A DNA stretch of 52,871 bases from Halocafeteria seosinensis (taxonomy: Eukaryota): contig LVLI01000354.1 in the NCBI GenBank assembly GCA_001687465.1, positions 1 to 52,871 of the forward strand. The letters run 5' to 3'. Every line of letters begins with the position of its first letter. The stretch's first letter is position 1. Below the pieces are notes generated by a model. The model was given only the letters and a program-made list of their open reading frames with translations, did no database searches and was not told the DNA's origin. A program made the position numbers and the translations under genes. Below, piece after piece: positions 12,115 to 24,800 of the stretch.

Positions 12115-12431
12115 GAATTGACTTATACGTGCAAGAGGAAACTAACAACAATATCCTCCCAATCCTATTAAGCAATGAACTGTTAGCGAGTCAAGCGGCT
12201 GTGTCGAGACGGGTGAGTAAGGACGAGACGGAATGGAACGTTGGGAAGACACCTATGGGGAAGGGGGAACGAGAGCCAGGAGAGAAGAGGGATGAAGAAC
12301 TGAGACGGACAGCACATCTCGGGTGGAAGCCGGATTCGAGAACAGCCGAAGAGCTAGCTACACGAATTGACTTATACGTGCAAGAGGAAACTAACAACAA
12401 TATCCTCCCAATCCTATTAAGCAATGAACTG
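12115..12431 (+). repeat. Pair of perfect 68-bp direct repeats (12115-12182 and 12364-12431) around a purine-rich spacer
   Basis: gaattgacttatacgtgcaagaggaaactaacaacaatatcctcccaatcctattaagcaatgaactg occurs twice, 249 bp apart, with partial similarity continuing about 15 bp further. Confidence 0.95.
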
Positions 12432-12594
12432 CTAGCTAGCCATGCGGAGGTCCCATGGGATGTGACGGAAACGGATTCTAATGTTCGGGTCTGCGTCAAT
12501 GCTTTGATGTCACTCGTTTATGCTGCCTCTCTCCTAGTGGAACAGCGGGCCTGTAGCTGCCAGACACAGGCGCCAGCTGCTACCTAAGTGTAGC

Positions 12595-12641
12595 GGCTAA
12601 CATCCAGCTGCCGGTGGGCTATCAGTCACATCGTCGTCGTC
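12595..12641 (+). repeat. Dispersed ~47-bp element, copy 2, ~170 bp upstream of the proposed RNF213-like start
   Basis: Near-identical to 3121-3170. Confidence 0.85.
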
Positions 12642-12808
12642 GAGAGATCTTCAAGCGGCCGAAAGATATGCAGGTATATTGTACATGTGCGCATTAGACA
12701 CTGGTTTCCGGGTTTTGTTTTGTTTGCTTTACGTGTACTGTATTATATTCTACATTTTGTGTTGTGCTCTCCATTTGTGAGAAATATAGAGCTAAACACA
12801 TACAGTGG

Positions 12809-15800
12809 ATGGATAAATATCTTGCACTTCTTGGCGAAGGTGTGAAGGACAGTATCTTTGGGTTCTTTTCTTCCATTTCCGTGCTATTCAAAGCCATTTA
12901 CTCTCCGACGTTGGGCACACACGCACGAATAGCATTCAAGGCACTAGATCCAACCGTTGAAATCGTTGTAGGTACTCTTATTGACTCGATTTTCGGTCGA
13001 AATACCAAGGAGGAGAATTTTCTGCGCAGGGTTCAACTGGGACTCTTTTTCTCATTTTATGGCATTATAGACGATGGTGGGTGAGAAGGAGTCTATGTAT
13101 ACGATAAAAATGAAGTAGATATATAGAGTGAGCTGACTTGCAGAGTAGACGACCGCCTCCAAACCCTCACTTGAGAGAGGAAAGGGACTCTCAGGGTCAC
13201 CCTGAGAACCAGGAATCCCTATTCCAGCACGGTCAAGGTACGAATCCTACATTTTTGTTGTGAGCAACTACCACCACCAGTGTCAGGGAATATTTCATGT
13301 ATTATTGCCGTGTGGTCTATTCAGGGAATCCAGCGAGTTACGCGGATGCTTTGCGCAATGGAGCTGCTGCGGGAAACAGCCACATTGCGTCCACCGCTTC
13401 GCCAGGGGCCAACCGTGGACGAGTAGCCCCTTTGGATCCACCTGGAGGCGAAGCGTTTAGTGGAAATCACTTTGGACCGGGATCACACGTGAATTTACGC
13501 AACACCTCGCCCTCTCCGTCGTTGTATCCGATCGACGCCTTGCACAGGACGGACAGCACCGGCTCCGATCAACCGTCAGCTCCACCGTTGCATTCTCCAC
13601 GGGGTGAATATGATGACGGTGCACCAAGTGGTGATTATATCGATGACCGTGCTTATGGTCATTCACGTCACGCTATTGATCCACGAGTTGGTTACTCGAG
13701 CGCTCCACGTCGAACTCAAGACACTCCCCAATCACGCACTCCTTATTCACATGCGGGGAGGAGATATATTCCTCCAGTGACTCGATCCCATAACAAAGGT
13801 CGACCAGGGGTAAAGTCAAAGATCATGATGGTATTTTGGCTCCTCGAAGATTTGCAAGAAGCTCCCGCTGAGGTTCTAGTGGTGGGTGAGAAACTTGAGC
13901 TAGGAAGGTGGAAGCAGGACAATGGATTACCGATGCAGATAGCCTCTGACACACACAACACCGTCCGGCTATGGAAATCAAAACCTCTTACAATATCGCC
14001 AAATGAGATAGAGACACAGTATAAGTATAGCCTGTTGCTTCCGAAGACTGGTTTCTTGGCAAGGTATAATCCCTTTCGAGGATCTGACGAAACTCGGAAA
14101 CTTGAAACGGGTCCTCCTGCAACTAGCAATAGGATAGTTCAACCTTTTGAAATTCATAGCTGGATTGTTCCTGATGATGGTGCCAATGTGAAGCACGTGT
14201 GCGATTTCTTAGGGAACCGAATGAATGTGCCCCGGCCCCCATCTCGCTCTGAGACCTTTTCCACTGCAACAGCAATGACAGCTACTCAGTGTCAAGAGGC
14301 TTATTCATCCGAAGTGGGAGAGTGGCTCGCGTGGTTTGCGATTGTTGTCCTGGAGCAAGCGCCTGATTTTTCTATGTTTTCAGAGTCACTCGGTCGACAA
14401 AGTAACAGGGTCAATTTCTTCTTGTTTATGTTATGTTCGGCATACTATCCAGAAAGAGCACACGCGTTTCTGCGTTCACATACCGAGGGGGCTGTAGTGA
14501 GCAAACGAAGCTACCAAGAACTTGCAATTTTTCTGGCGGAACTTCAACAGTATCCACATGATATAATTGGTGCACCAGGGTATAGTACCGCAAGGCTAGG
14601 GAAAGCTTGCTCCATGGAAAAATCAGTCTTCCGCTTTGATATGCTCTCTGGGGCGCTCACAGTAGCGTTTGGCTGTTTGCCTAGTGCCGATCGACAAGCT
14701 GTTTCGTCTGGTAAACTTAACTGTACCTACACACTAACCCTTCTGCAGTACATACTAGTGGATAGTGATCATCATGTGAGTGAGCTTCTTGATAATGCAT
14801 GGGCCATGGTTCCTGATGTCGCATCCGAAGCTCCAACGGTTGTAGATGATGACATGGCTCAAGGGATCCTCTCAGAAAGAAATCCATCTGAAGCAATGTG
14901 CTTGATTTCGGCTTTGATTGGCAGGCTATCGAATGACTTGCGAGCATGCATCAAGAGCGCCCAATGTGTCTCCATGTTTCCTAGGGAGATAGAACCGGAA
15001 ACGCTTCTGCATGCCATTGAGAACCGGGTGCTGTTCCTCTGGAGGCAACAGGGAGAAGAGAATCCGCGCCTTCTCCGAGAACTGCTGGTAGACAGTAGCG
15101 GTGTCCTTCACTCCATGGATGACACATCATCCAGGAGACTGTTTCATCGTTTTGCTGCAAGCAGTATTCTGTCTTGCTTTGCCTCGTGTTCTGTAAAAGC
15201 AGTTGATTTTGTCTGGGAGGGACTCACGGATCCAACAGAGAATCAAACTCCTGAAGCCTCTCAGTTTCTGTTGAAAGAAGCAGCCGACTTGGATTCCTGT
15301 AGTGAGTCCCGAAGTTTGCAAGCTTGTAAGATTTGGTGGATCATAGACTATGCAAACTCAAGGTTCCCAGCAATTGCTGTTCCACTGCTGACGGATGAGC
15401 TTACTGCTGACATGGGCTCACAGTGTGCTCGGATTTTGTTTGGACATACGTCGAAGGTTTCTCGCACATTTAAAAGCGAGCAGACTTGGCGATCACTTGC
15501 AGCATTTCTTTATCCGGAGATCTCCGATAGCGTTTGGAGCGATGCTTTCATCCGCACGTTTACCGAGCTAGTCAATGAAGATGATCCGCTGCGCAGCCAA
15601 CTGACCGTACCAGTCAATGAACTCGGTGCTGAGACAATCCAGGCTTTGGCCTCAAATGACGCTTTGTTAAAATTATATGCAAGGATGGTGGAGCTTTCAA
15701 TCCAGGGTACTGGTGGGTTCCTGGAGCAGGTGGAACACGTTTTGCGTCATCTGCTAGACGATGTTCCGTCCCTGGGAAGTAGTTCATTTGAGACGACGAG

Positions 15801-18800
15801 GATGTCCTTGGAGAAATTGTTTGGGGACACTCAGATTCGTGAGCTTCGGAGATCATCGAAGTACGCTCTCGTCGGCAAGCTATGCCAACGGCTTCTTTCT
15901 CCACTGCTTAGGGCGAAAGTTGGCGAAGTGGACCCATCGAAGTTCGACAATCCATTGTTGCAGTCGGAGCGTGCAAGAACTCTAGTCGAGGCTTGTTACT
16001 CGATGGAAACGTCCGTGAGCTACCTACTTGCTATCTTGCTGGCAGACACGCTTGATATTGAACTTGGAATCGAAGTTGATGTTGTAGCTCGAGATTGCCA
16101 ATCGTTTGCTAGAGAGCTCACTGAGTTTAATCTTGATGTGACTGGGCTACTGCGCCTGCACGAGTGCGAAAAGCAGTCCCAGCATTTAACAATAATTCAG
16201 GGTTTGGCAGGAATCCTGGGTGTCGAGGCTGTGTCAAAGCCTGTTCAAGCTGTCGAAGAGCTTGTATTGAATGTTCGTTACCTTAGCGAAATCCCTTACC
16301 GTTTTTTACACTCGTTAGAGCGTTGTCCTGGATTTCAGTCGACTCAGGCCGGGTTAGACAGTATCCCTTCTATACTTGACAGTCTCTCGAGGAAATGCGG
16401 TTACGGAGAAAGCTTCAATGGAATACCAGCACGGGCGTTTCGTGATACGGCGCCACTCCTGTTTGCCAAAACGGACATCTGCGGGAAATCATTTTCTTTG
16501 CATGACCTCGAATGGATGACGAGCTTTCTGGAATCTCTCATTTTGCAGCAGAGCATCTTGATTGCGAGCGTGTTTCAAAAGCTTTTGACTGAAATCCAGG
16601 AGAGGGACGAAGAAAGCGGGATTCCGGTCAACGCTAATCGGCCAGTCGAACAAGGACACAATGCGCCAGACTCAGCTACAGCTTCTGCCGAGAATCAGCA
16701 ATCAGTAAATGAAGATGCCTCCCTGGAGCAACAGAACTCAGAAGAATCGGGCGACTCTCCGATAGAACGACAGGGGTCTGCTGGCTCTGAAGGGTGGGCA
16801 GAACGCCTCTGGCCATTGCATACTCTTTTCGACGCGATAATTACTTCAATGGATGACTTGGAGTTGCTTCTATCACCCGAGCGTATAGATGAAGTAACGA
16901 GAGACTTTGCACGCGAGCATCTCAACAAAATCTCGATGGATCGCCTAGAAGCAGAAACGGAGTGTATAATTGAAATCGAGGCGAAGCGATATGGCCATGA
17001 CTCTCGACAATACCGCGACATACGGCAAAGGCAGACTGTGAGAGATATTTTGGGACTTGTTCTAACTGTGCTGCAGACTCACTCGTACGTTCCTTTAGCT
17101 GCGAATATGGCCCAGCTCCTTGGGATAAGGATCGAGGGGGATAGTGCGCAACCCCGTTCGGGTTTGACAGTCCTGTTGCAGGAAGCCAGTGCAGACGACG
17201 CGACGGGCAACACCGAATGGGACACGATTGGACAACTAAGGTCTATCAGCCAAGAGAACAATCTAATAGATGCCTCATCCGCTTTGGTAGGAAAGGATGG
17301 AGAATACATGTGGAGAGCTTGCCTCGAGACATTTGGTGGCGATTTTAGGCGCGAAGTACTTTCAATGGTGACCAAGTTGGATGACGAAGCTTTTACAATG
17401 ATAGTTGAAAACTATGACAATAAAATAGAAGGTTTGACCGTTGCCGGTATCGATAGTATCCAAAAGATGTCAATGGTATTGCGGCAACTTGTTCAGACAG
17501 CAAGGTGTCACCCATCGCTAGACATGTTTTGCTTGGAGTCCCAAAACTTGTGCCGTGAGGTGCAATTCGACACTTCCATGGTGCATACTGCCATGGAGAA
17601 CGTGCGTCGGTTTTCTCATCAACTTGTTGTCTATTACGAAGAGCTGCTGAGCGACTCGTTGAGGTTGAAAAAGGTAGGAAACTCGGTCCTCCAAGAGAGT
17701 AAATGGAAGTTCTCCCTTGATGGGCAGCGTATCTCCACCCAAGTTGTGTACAACAACGCTGATAGTCGTAAACCGGAGACAATAAATGAAGAAGAGCTCG
17801 AAGCATACCGAAGCAGAGCCAACATAATGCATGCCGAAGCATTCCGTAGCAATATTCTTGAGGCAGACGGAAGCGCTGCACAGGAGGAGAGCAATGGTGC
17901 TTGGATTGAAGAATTCCTGGGATTGTTAGATCAATCGAGCCGCGTATCAGAACTGCTACTAGAGCTGTATCACTGGGGACATCTGGCCGTTACCGTGAAC
18001 AAGACTTTTGAAATTGACATCAACGCCGAATCCACAAGCACAACGATGACGAGTTTCGGTGATTCTCTCAAATCTCAGTTGACCCTGTTTAAGCGGTTGG
18101 TAGAAGAGGCCATGGAGAAACATTTGTCCCTATGCCTGCTCCCAAGTTGTCAGATTCCGCTGCTTCATCAGTACACAGTAGAAGGACAGAATGATGCGGC
18201 AGCAGACCTACTAATAAGTATGACTCCCTCCATTCAACCTCCGAATATCCGAGGTGAAACAAGACGGAAACTTCGGCAGCAGAGCAGTCGCCATCTATTA
18301 AAGTCTACGCTGACTCCAAATGACTGGAGAGTCATGTCGGAAGATCACTTAGAGGCAACCTTGGATACACTAGGGTGCATTTGGGACGGCTGCGTGAACG
18401 CTCACGTTGCAACCCTTGCAGATCGACAGCTTTCTCTCGACAACTTCGAAATGGCAGGAAGAAAAATGAATGCAAAAGCCAAGCGCGAGGCTGAGGCGAA
18501 AAAAGGCAGAGTTCCTGATGTCCTCCCAGGCAGTCCAGAGCTTATTCTATCTCCAGACCATGTCAGGACTCTTTTGAGTGTTTATGCATGGCACCGGGAA
18601 GTTCCGGTATCGGCCACGTGTTTCCACTGCCATGCGAGCACTCGGATTGAAGATGTTAAGTCTTGTATCTATCGCGGAGAACACTTATCTCGACACCGAA
18701 ACTCGAGTGCGGCTCCTATTATCGGCCTGCTTCACGCTGAGAGGTTGCCGCTCTCTATCATCCGAGACACGTGTAACTTGCTTGGAACTGAACTGCTGTC

Positions 18801-21800
18801 ATCGCTACGAACTGTCATCATCCTTGATGAGACCGCTGTAGACTCTCCGCAGGTGCATGCTTGGAGAAGATACCTAGATACTATCCCAGTGAATCGTCCT
18901 CTGCTGAAAATTACCAGCCGCCAAGGTGAACAGAGTGCTTATGAGAAATATTTAACTGAGCTAGCGGGCACAGCGGACTCTCCGTCAGGAAAGGTACGTC
19001 TGGTTTCATCTGCGAGAGCTGGCTCCGGCAAGACATCGCTCATCCGTAAAGACGAATGCTTTCATTCGGCTTCCCGTTCAGCTGATATCACTATAGGTGC
19101 CGGTTTCTCGCTTTCTAGTGTTGTAGATTCGTTGGAGGCTGCCGCGCACCAGCTGCGTACAGACACTGCTGGGACTGGACGCGCAGTTCGAATGGAGCTT
19201 TATCCTTTTGAAAACGAGGTGGATATCGATTGTCTTCTCTTTGAGGTTCTGTTATTGGGTCGGTTATACGACCCAGAATTTCGCAAATTTTCGGTTTGGA
19301 ATCGTCCATCCCTGCAGAATCTCCGCGTTTATTGTGAAATATCGAACTCACTTGTCTGTCCCAGTGGGGACGAGCTACTGTATGAACGGTCATCAATCCT
19401 CAAATCGTTTCCTAATCGTGTACATCTTCAAGGCGGTCTAGAGAATCTGGATTTTAGCGTTGATTCTTGCCTTCAGGAGGACGCGAACTTAGTAGCCAAT
19501 TCATTAAGGCTTAGACAATCGCAGGACTTTACACAACAGGATGACTGGTTGAGTATTGCTGGTAACAAGCCCGAGGATGTCTCCCCAATGCACGTTGCAA
19601 GCGTGCAAAGTGAACAAGTTATTAGGGAGTTTTGTGTCAATAACCGAATTCTTAACGAAAAATACGGAGCGAATATCTCCTTCCATGTGTTGAAGACCCT
19701 CCTGAGTTGCGCAGCCAGACAATTACGTCATCTCTTTGTATCCCCCGCCTTTGGCAGCATTAGAGAGTACTCTCGAAACGCCGAGGAGGCAAACACGACA
19801 AAGTCTGAGCTGGTAGACTGCATCCTGCATGCCGAAGCCTCAGTTGTTGGCTGCACCAGCGGGGCGAGAAAGCAGACACTCAGTCAAACCGGTAATCTTG
19901 GTGAGCTGCTGGAGGCGAAGACTAGAGACATGGAATCTTGGAAACGGGAGAAACTGCTCTTCCTGTTATGGATCCCATGGGATCCGAGCCGTATGCACCC
20001 CTTACCCACAGATCCGCGGGCGATGCCTAAGGTCCTTTCTCGGGTATTTGAAGAGAATAGACAAGCTCATCAACATTTTTTTAGAGCAGAAGCGGGCTCT
20101 GGTGATTCCGCGCGTTTCATGTTTGATCCCGTTAAAAGGGGCCAAGGAATGAAAGGGATCGTAGATTCTTTTTCCCACGAGAGCGAAACGGCAATCTATG
20201 AGTATGTACGGCATTTGTTTAGTCATGCTGAGCCAGATCCGAACGAGGACTTTTCCGAGGTGGTGAGGTCCTACGCATTTACTGACGACAACTTTCGGAA
20301 GTTTATTTTACTGTCTAGTAGAATCCTTTCTGGGTGTGGAATAGTAGTGCTAGGGGAGAGCGGATGCGGTAAAACTCACTTAGTGCGACTGCTGGCCGAC
20401 ATGTCTGGGATCACGTTCCGGAAATTATCTGTAAACAGCGGAACCCGTTTCAGCCATCTTAGTTCGTTTATGAATGACATCGACCAATTGGCCGAAGATG
20501 GTAACAAAGTCATTGCTTTGTTCGACGAGATAAACACAAGCCCTCTCCTACCTTATTTCAAGGATATAATTGCGGATAGACTCTGGAAGGGTAAAACTCT
20601 TGACTCAAGGATAATGTGCGTGGGTGCTGCAAACCCTTATGAACTGCGAACAAAAGACGAACACGGCAACTTTCAGGGAACACATACGACGGGCCTTTCC
20701 ATTCCTCAGAATTCACGCCATAGTCGCAGTTCCGATTGGTTGGGCACCGAAGGTCTTCGGTATACGGTATACCCTCTGCCGGAGGCGTTGTTCGACATCA
20801 CTCTTAATTTTGGTCAACTGGAGTACAATGAAGCTCAGGTCTACATCAGGCGGATGGTCAGCCGGTCAAAAGTTATTCAACACACGTTTGCGTTCCGCCA
20901 AGCTTCTAAAGCAATACAGAGTGCGTACCACTACGTTAGCACGAATGCCGACAAAGATGTCAGTTTGAGAGATGTTAGCCGCTGCATCACATTCTATGAA
21001 TGGCTAGACCAGTATGGGCGCACAGTGGATCCTGACAAAACTCTTGATAAAATTTTTATTGCTATTCATCTTGCGTTCCAGCTTCGGTTTCAGTCCCCGC
21101 AACAACGCAAGGACCTCAGGAATAATGTCATTTCGGAAATATCGCATGGACCCTTTGAGGCATCTCGTCTGAGAAAACTTTGGGAAGATTCAGTAGCGCG
21201 TGAGCAGCGGCAGTGGGTAGAGTTTCTACAACTTCCACGTCAGATTGCTCCACACCAAGGCCTCATGGATAACGCATTTGCTCTGATAGCTTGCATTCTC
21301 AATCTTGTTCCAATTATTCTGGTGGGAGTTCCGGGATGCAGTAAATCGCTGTCGATAGCGAAAGTGCTCGCCCGTCTGAGTTCCAATACGGATACATTTT
21401 ATAAGAGAAAGGGACTTCCGTTCTTATATCATCATGTGTTTCAAGGAAGTGAACAGAGCACCTCTGCCGGCATCGAAAGTGTGTTTCATCAAGCCAGGGA
21501 AAGACAAGAGGAATTAAGGAAGAATGGAAGTGGTTATTTATGTGACGTACTTTTGGATGAACTTGGTCTGGCAGAGTTGTCTCCAGAAAACGCGCTAAAA
21601 GTGCTACATGCCTTATTGGAGCCCGATATTCCTGAAGATGTATCCGATGTTGTTCTCTCGAGGTCCTCGAATAATCTCCATCCACAGGATCCGAGGGTGG
21701 CAGTCATCGGAGTGTCTAATTGGAAGCTTGACGAAGCTAAGATGAATCGGTTCATGACGCTTTCTTGCCGCCCGCTTGACGAACGTGATTTGGTTACAAC

Positions 21801-24800
21801 AGCGGAAACTATTCTACACGAAACAATGCCTCGGAGGAACTATCCGGTCCTCGAAGATATGATACATGAGTACCAAAGATGCATTTGTGCGGGCCAGACG
21901 CCTCATCAGTTTCATGGACTACGGGATTTATATGGTGTGTTTTCGAGTGTGCGGAAGTTTATGGAATGCGCTTATCGAATCAACCAAGGCAGGGGAGTAG
22001 AAGTTTCGCTCACCAATCATGTGAGGGACGTGTTAAGGGATTCGCCGTCTGTTTCCCCGAGGCGCACCGAGCAGGCAAAGTTTCTGTGGGCCCTTGAGCT
22101 TGCCATTCGTCAAAACTTTTCTGGGAATGAAGCGTTTACACATCATCGTGAAGAAAGCATCAAAGAGAGACTTGTCCATTCCATATATCCATCTGGGATT
22201 CCAAGACTGCCCTTGCATTTGGCTAGTTCGCTTGAATGCGTGCGTCAAAACATTGCTGATGACGATGCTCGGCATTTGATGCTCTTCACGGATACGCCTT
22301 CATATCTTGTCACTCAGATTGAAGAAATATCCCGGAAGGCCAGTCGCTCACCATATGTCCTGGTAGGCAGCAAACTCCCAGAGGATGTTGGCTCCTCAGT
22401 TTACGCCAAGAAAATCCTCCGTGAAATTCTCTTTATAATGGCTCAGTCTAACAGAGTGCTGATAATGTACGGGCTGGACAATGTATATGCAGCCCTGTAT
22501 GATGTATTCAACGGTAACTACCATACAGTAGGGGATAAGACATTCTGCCGCGTGGCTCTAGGGGAAGTTAGCACCAACAAAGCGGAAGTGGGTCCCGGAT
22601 TTAAAGCCGTTGTTGTGACGAATCAAGAAATGGCCAAAACGCCCGATAAAGCCCTGTTAAATCGCTTCGCGAAGTATGAGCTGACGACAAAGAGTCTATT
22701 AGCGGAGGATCCTGCGGCTCATGACGCAGCGTGCGATGCACGGAAAACGATTGAGACGGATGGCTCGAATCCAGATCTTCCTGGTTATAATCCGCTTACT
22801 CTTGATTCGTATTGTCTCCTTAAGTCGCGCCATCACCACCATAAGTCGTCGCAAATTGTAAGATCCCTACAGAGATGGACTGAGAGTATACGGCCCATTC
22901 GAACTCGATTGAATACTGAGGTTACTCTCACGGAATTGCAAGATCTGTCTAGAAGCACCCCGTTATCATTTGATTCCATCATTAACTCTACCTTGGTAGA
23001 GGTGGAATCACATACCAGCGATGAGTCGCTAAGTGGTTTCGAGGGTTCCGTCGTCATCCCAATGACTATCCTAACGAGTTGCCCTATCGAAGATTTACGT
23101 CTCGGCAACTTAGCTAACAATATATCTTCGCTTCCGAGAGGAACCGTCATGCACCCAGAGTATGTCGTCGGATTGGAGTCCCTTCCAGCAACAGAAAAGG
23201 AATTGTCGGATCAACTGTATCGCGGGTTTGTCGGCCAAATGCTTCATGGAATGAAAAGTGGCTGCCACATTTTACGGGTCCACATCAACGCCTCATCAGC
23301 AGTATCTCGCAATATATTGTTGTTGTTCCGGCATAGAATGCAGAAACTCGTCCACGATATCTTCGAGTCGCTCGCCGCTAAGCAACCGGAGAATCCGTTC
23401 TACATTTTTTGTATACTCGTTCTTCATGCTCAGGAAGAAGGGCGTTCAGAAGACGAGCTTTCATGGTGCGCTCCACCAAGTAGAGTATACAAAGAAGGTA
23501 ACGTGCTACTCAGTGAATGGAAGCATAAGTACCTGGAACAAATGCTCAACCGAACGGATTGGGGAAAACCTGTCGAGGATTTGCTTTTGTCCTCTCGCAG
23601 AATTGACACCCTGAACTCGGAGACCCCCGTCGATGACCGAGGTGAATTGAAGTATTTTGGTTGTGTTCACGCTATAAGAAGTCTCGCGTCCCGTAGTCAA
23701 TGGGTTCATATTCTGGGAAAGGTAGCGCTGAAATCGGGCGCTCAACACAATTCCGTAAGAAAGAACCTCCTCAAGCACTATTACCATTTGTTTTCTACCG
23801 ATGATGACTTTGTTCGATTCATTGTTCAAATAATTGTCGAGGAGAATGCCGACGTGTGGTACCAGACGGGATGGCAACAGAATCTGCAACGGACGACAGC
23901 GGTACTCCCGACAACATGGAGCCAAATGCTGTTGGAAGATTTGAAGGTCAGGGTTCAAGAAGATATAGCAAGTGCACTAGATTCCCTGCATCATTGCGGC
24001 TGCATCGCATCCCTGCGGTACGCTGATGAACAAAATTTTGAAGGGAACAAGGCTCTCTGGTATTCCTGTGTTACGGATACAACCTTTTGGAGGACAACCG
24101 GCGGAAAGCTGCTTCATCTCTTTGAAGAGCATTTCCCTTTTTCTAACGTTGTTTTCAACCGCATTTTTAGCTCGTACTACGTCTTGTTGTCGAATAACTA
24201 TGGACCAGAAGAATCTTCCTATAGCGTTCGTGAAATGATGAGAGAGCGTTATCCATTATGGATGAAAGCCTCAGCTGAGCAATACCGGGAGTGTGCCCTT
24301 GAAGAACATCTATGGAACGGTAATATCGATCATCTTGAGACGATGATGGAGCAGTGTAGTCTGCTCCATGATGTTATCTCATTCGTCCGGAGTCAACATG
24401 GTGCTTCCATTGAAAATTTTTCGACCCTTGTGGTGCTCAAGTCCATTCAGATGTTGATGCAGAGTCAGGACTCTAGCGAATATACTGATCTAGTGGACGT
24501 TTTGCTAGCCTGCCAACGGAACAGTAGCACTATTAAGTCTTGCGTTGAAGCAATTCACAGAACACTGCGACTCCTAGAGGAACTCAATGCATTCTGTGGA
24601 TCTGACGATGAGTCCGACGAATCTGTACAGAGAGACTATTTACACCGTCTTGGAAAGATCAACGATGTTCCTTCGGCCACCGTACGGCAATGCCTCAGCG
24701 CAATTTCTGATGGTAGCTCTACGACCTCTTCGCTCAACCAACTTCTTGACTGTGGACTTCTTGATGAAATTCTTGATATCTCTGTGCACCGATCCACAGG

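Noticed and set aside
10363..12431. CRISPR-like array
   Set aside because: Only 2-3 copies per repeat, long irregular spacers, no cas genes and a eukaryotic context.
12129..12587. 152-aa ORF with an internal repeat
   Set aside because: A by-product of the 68-bp direct repeat being spaced by a multiple of 3; GTG start and no recognisable domain.
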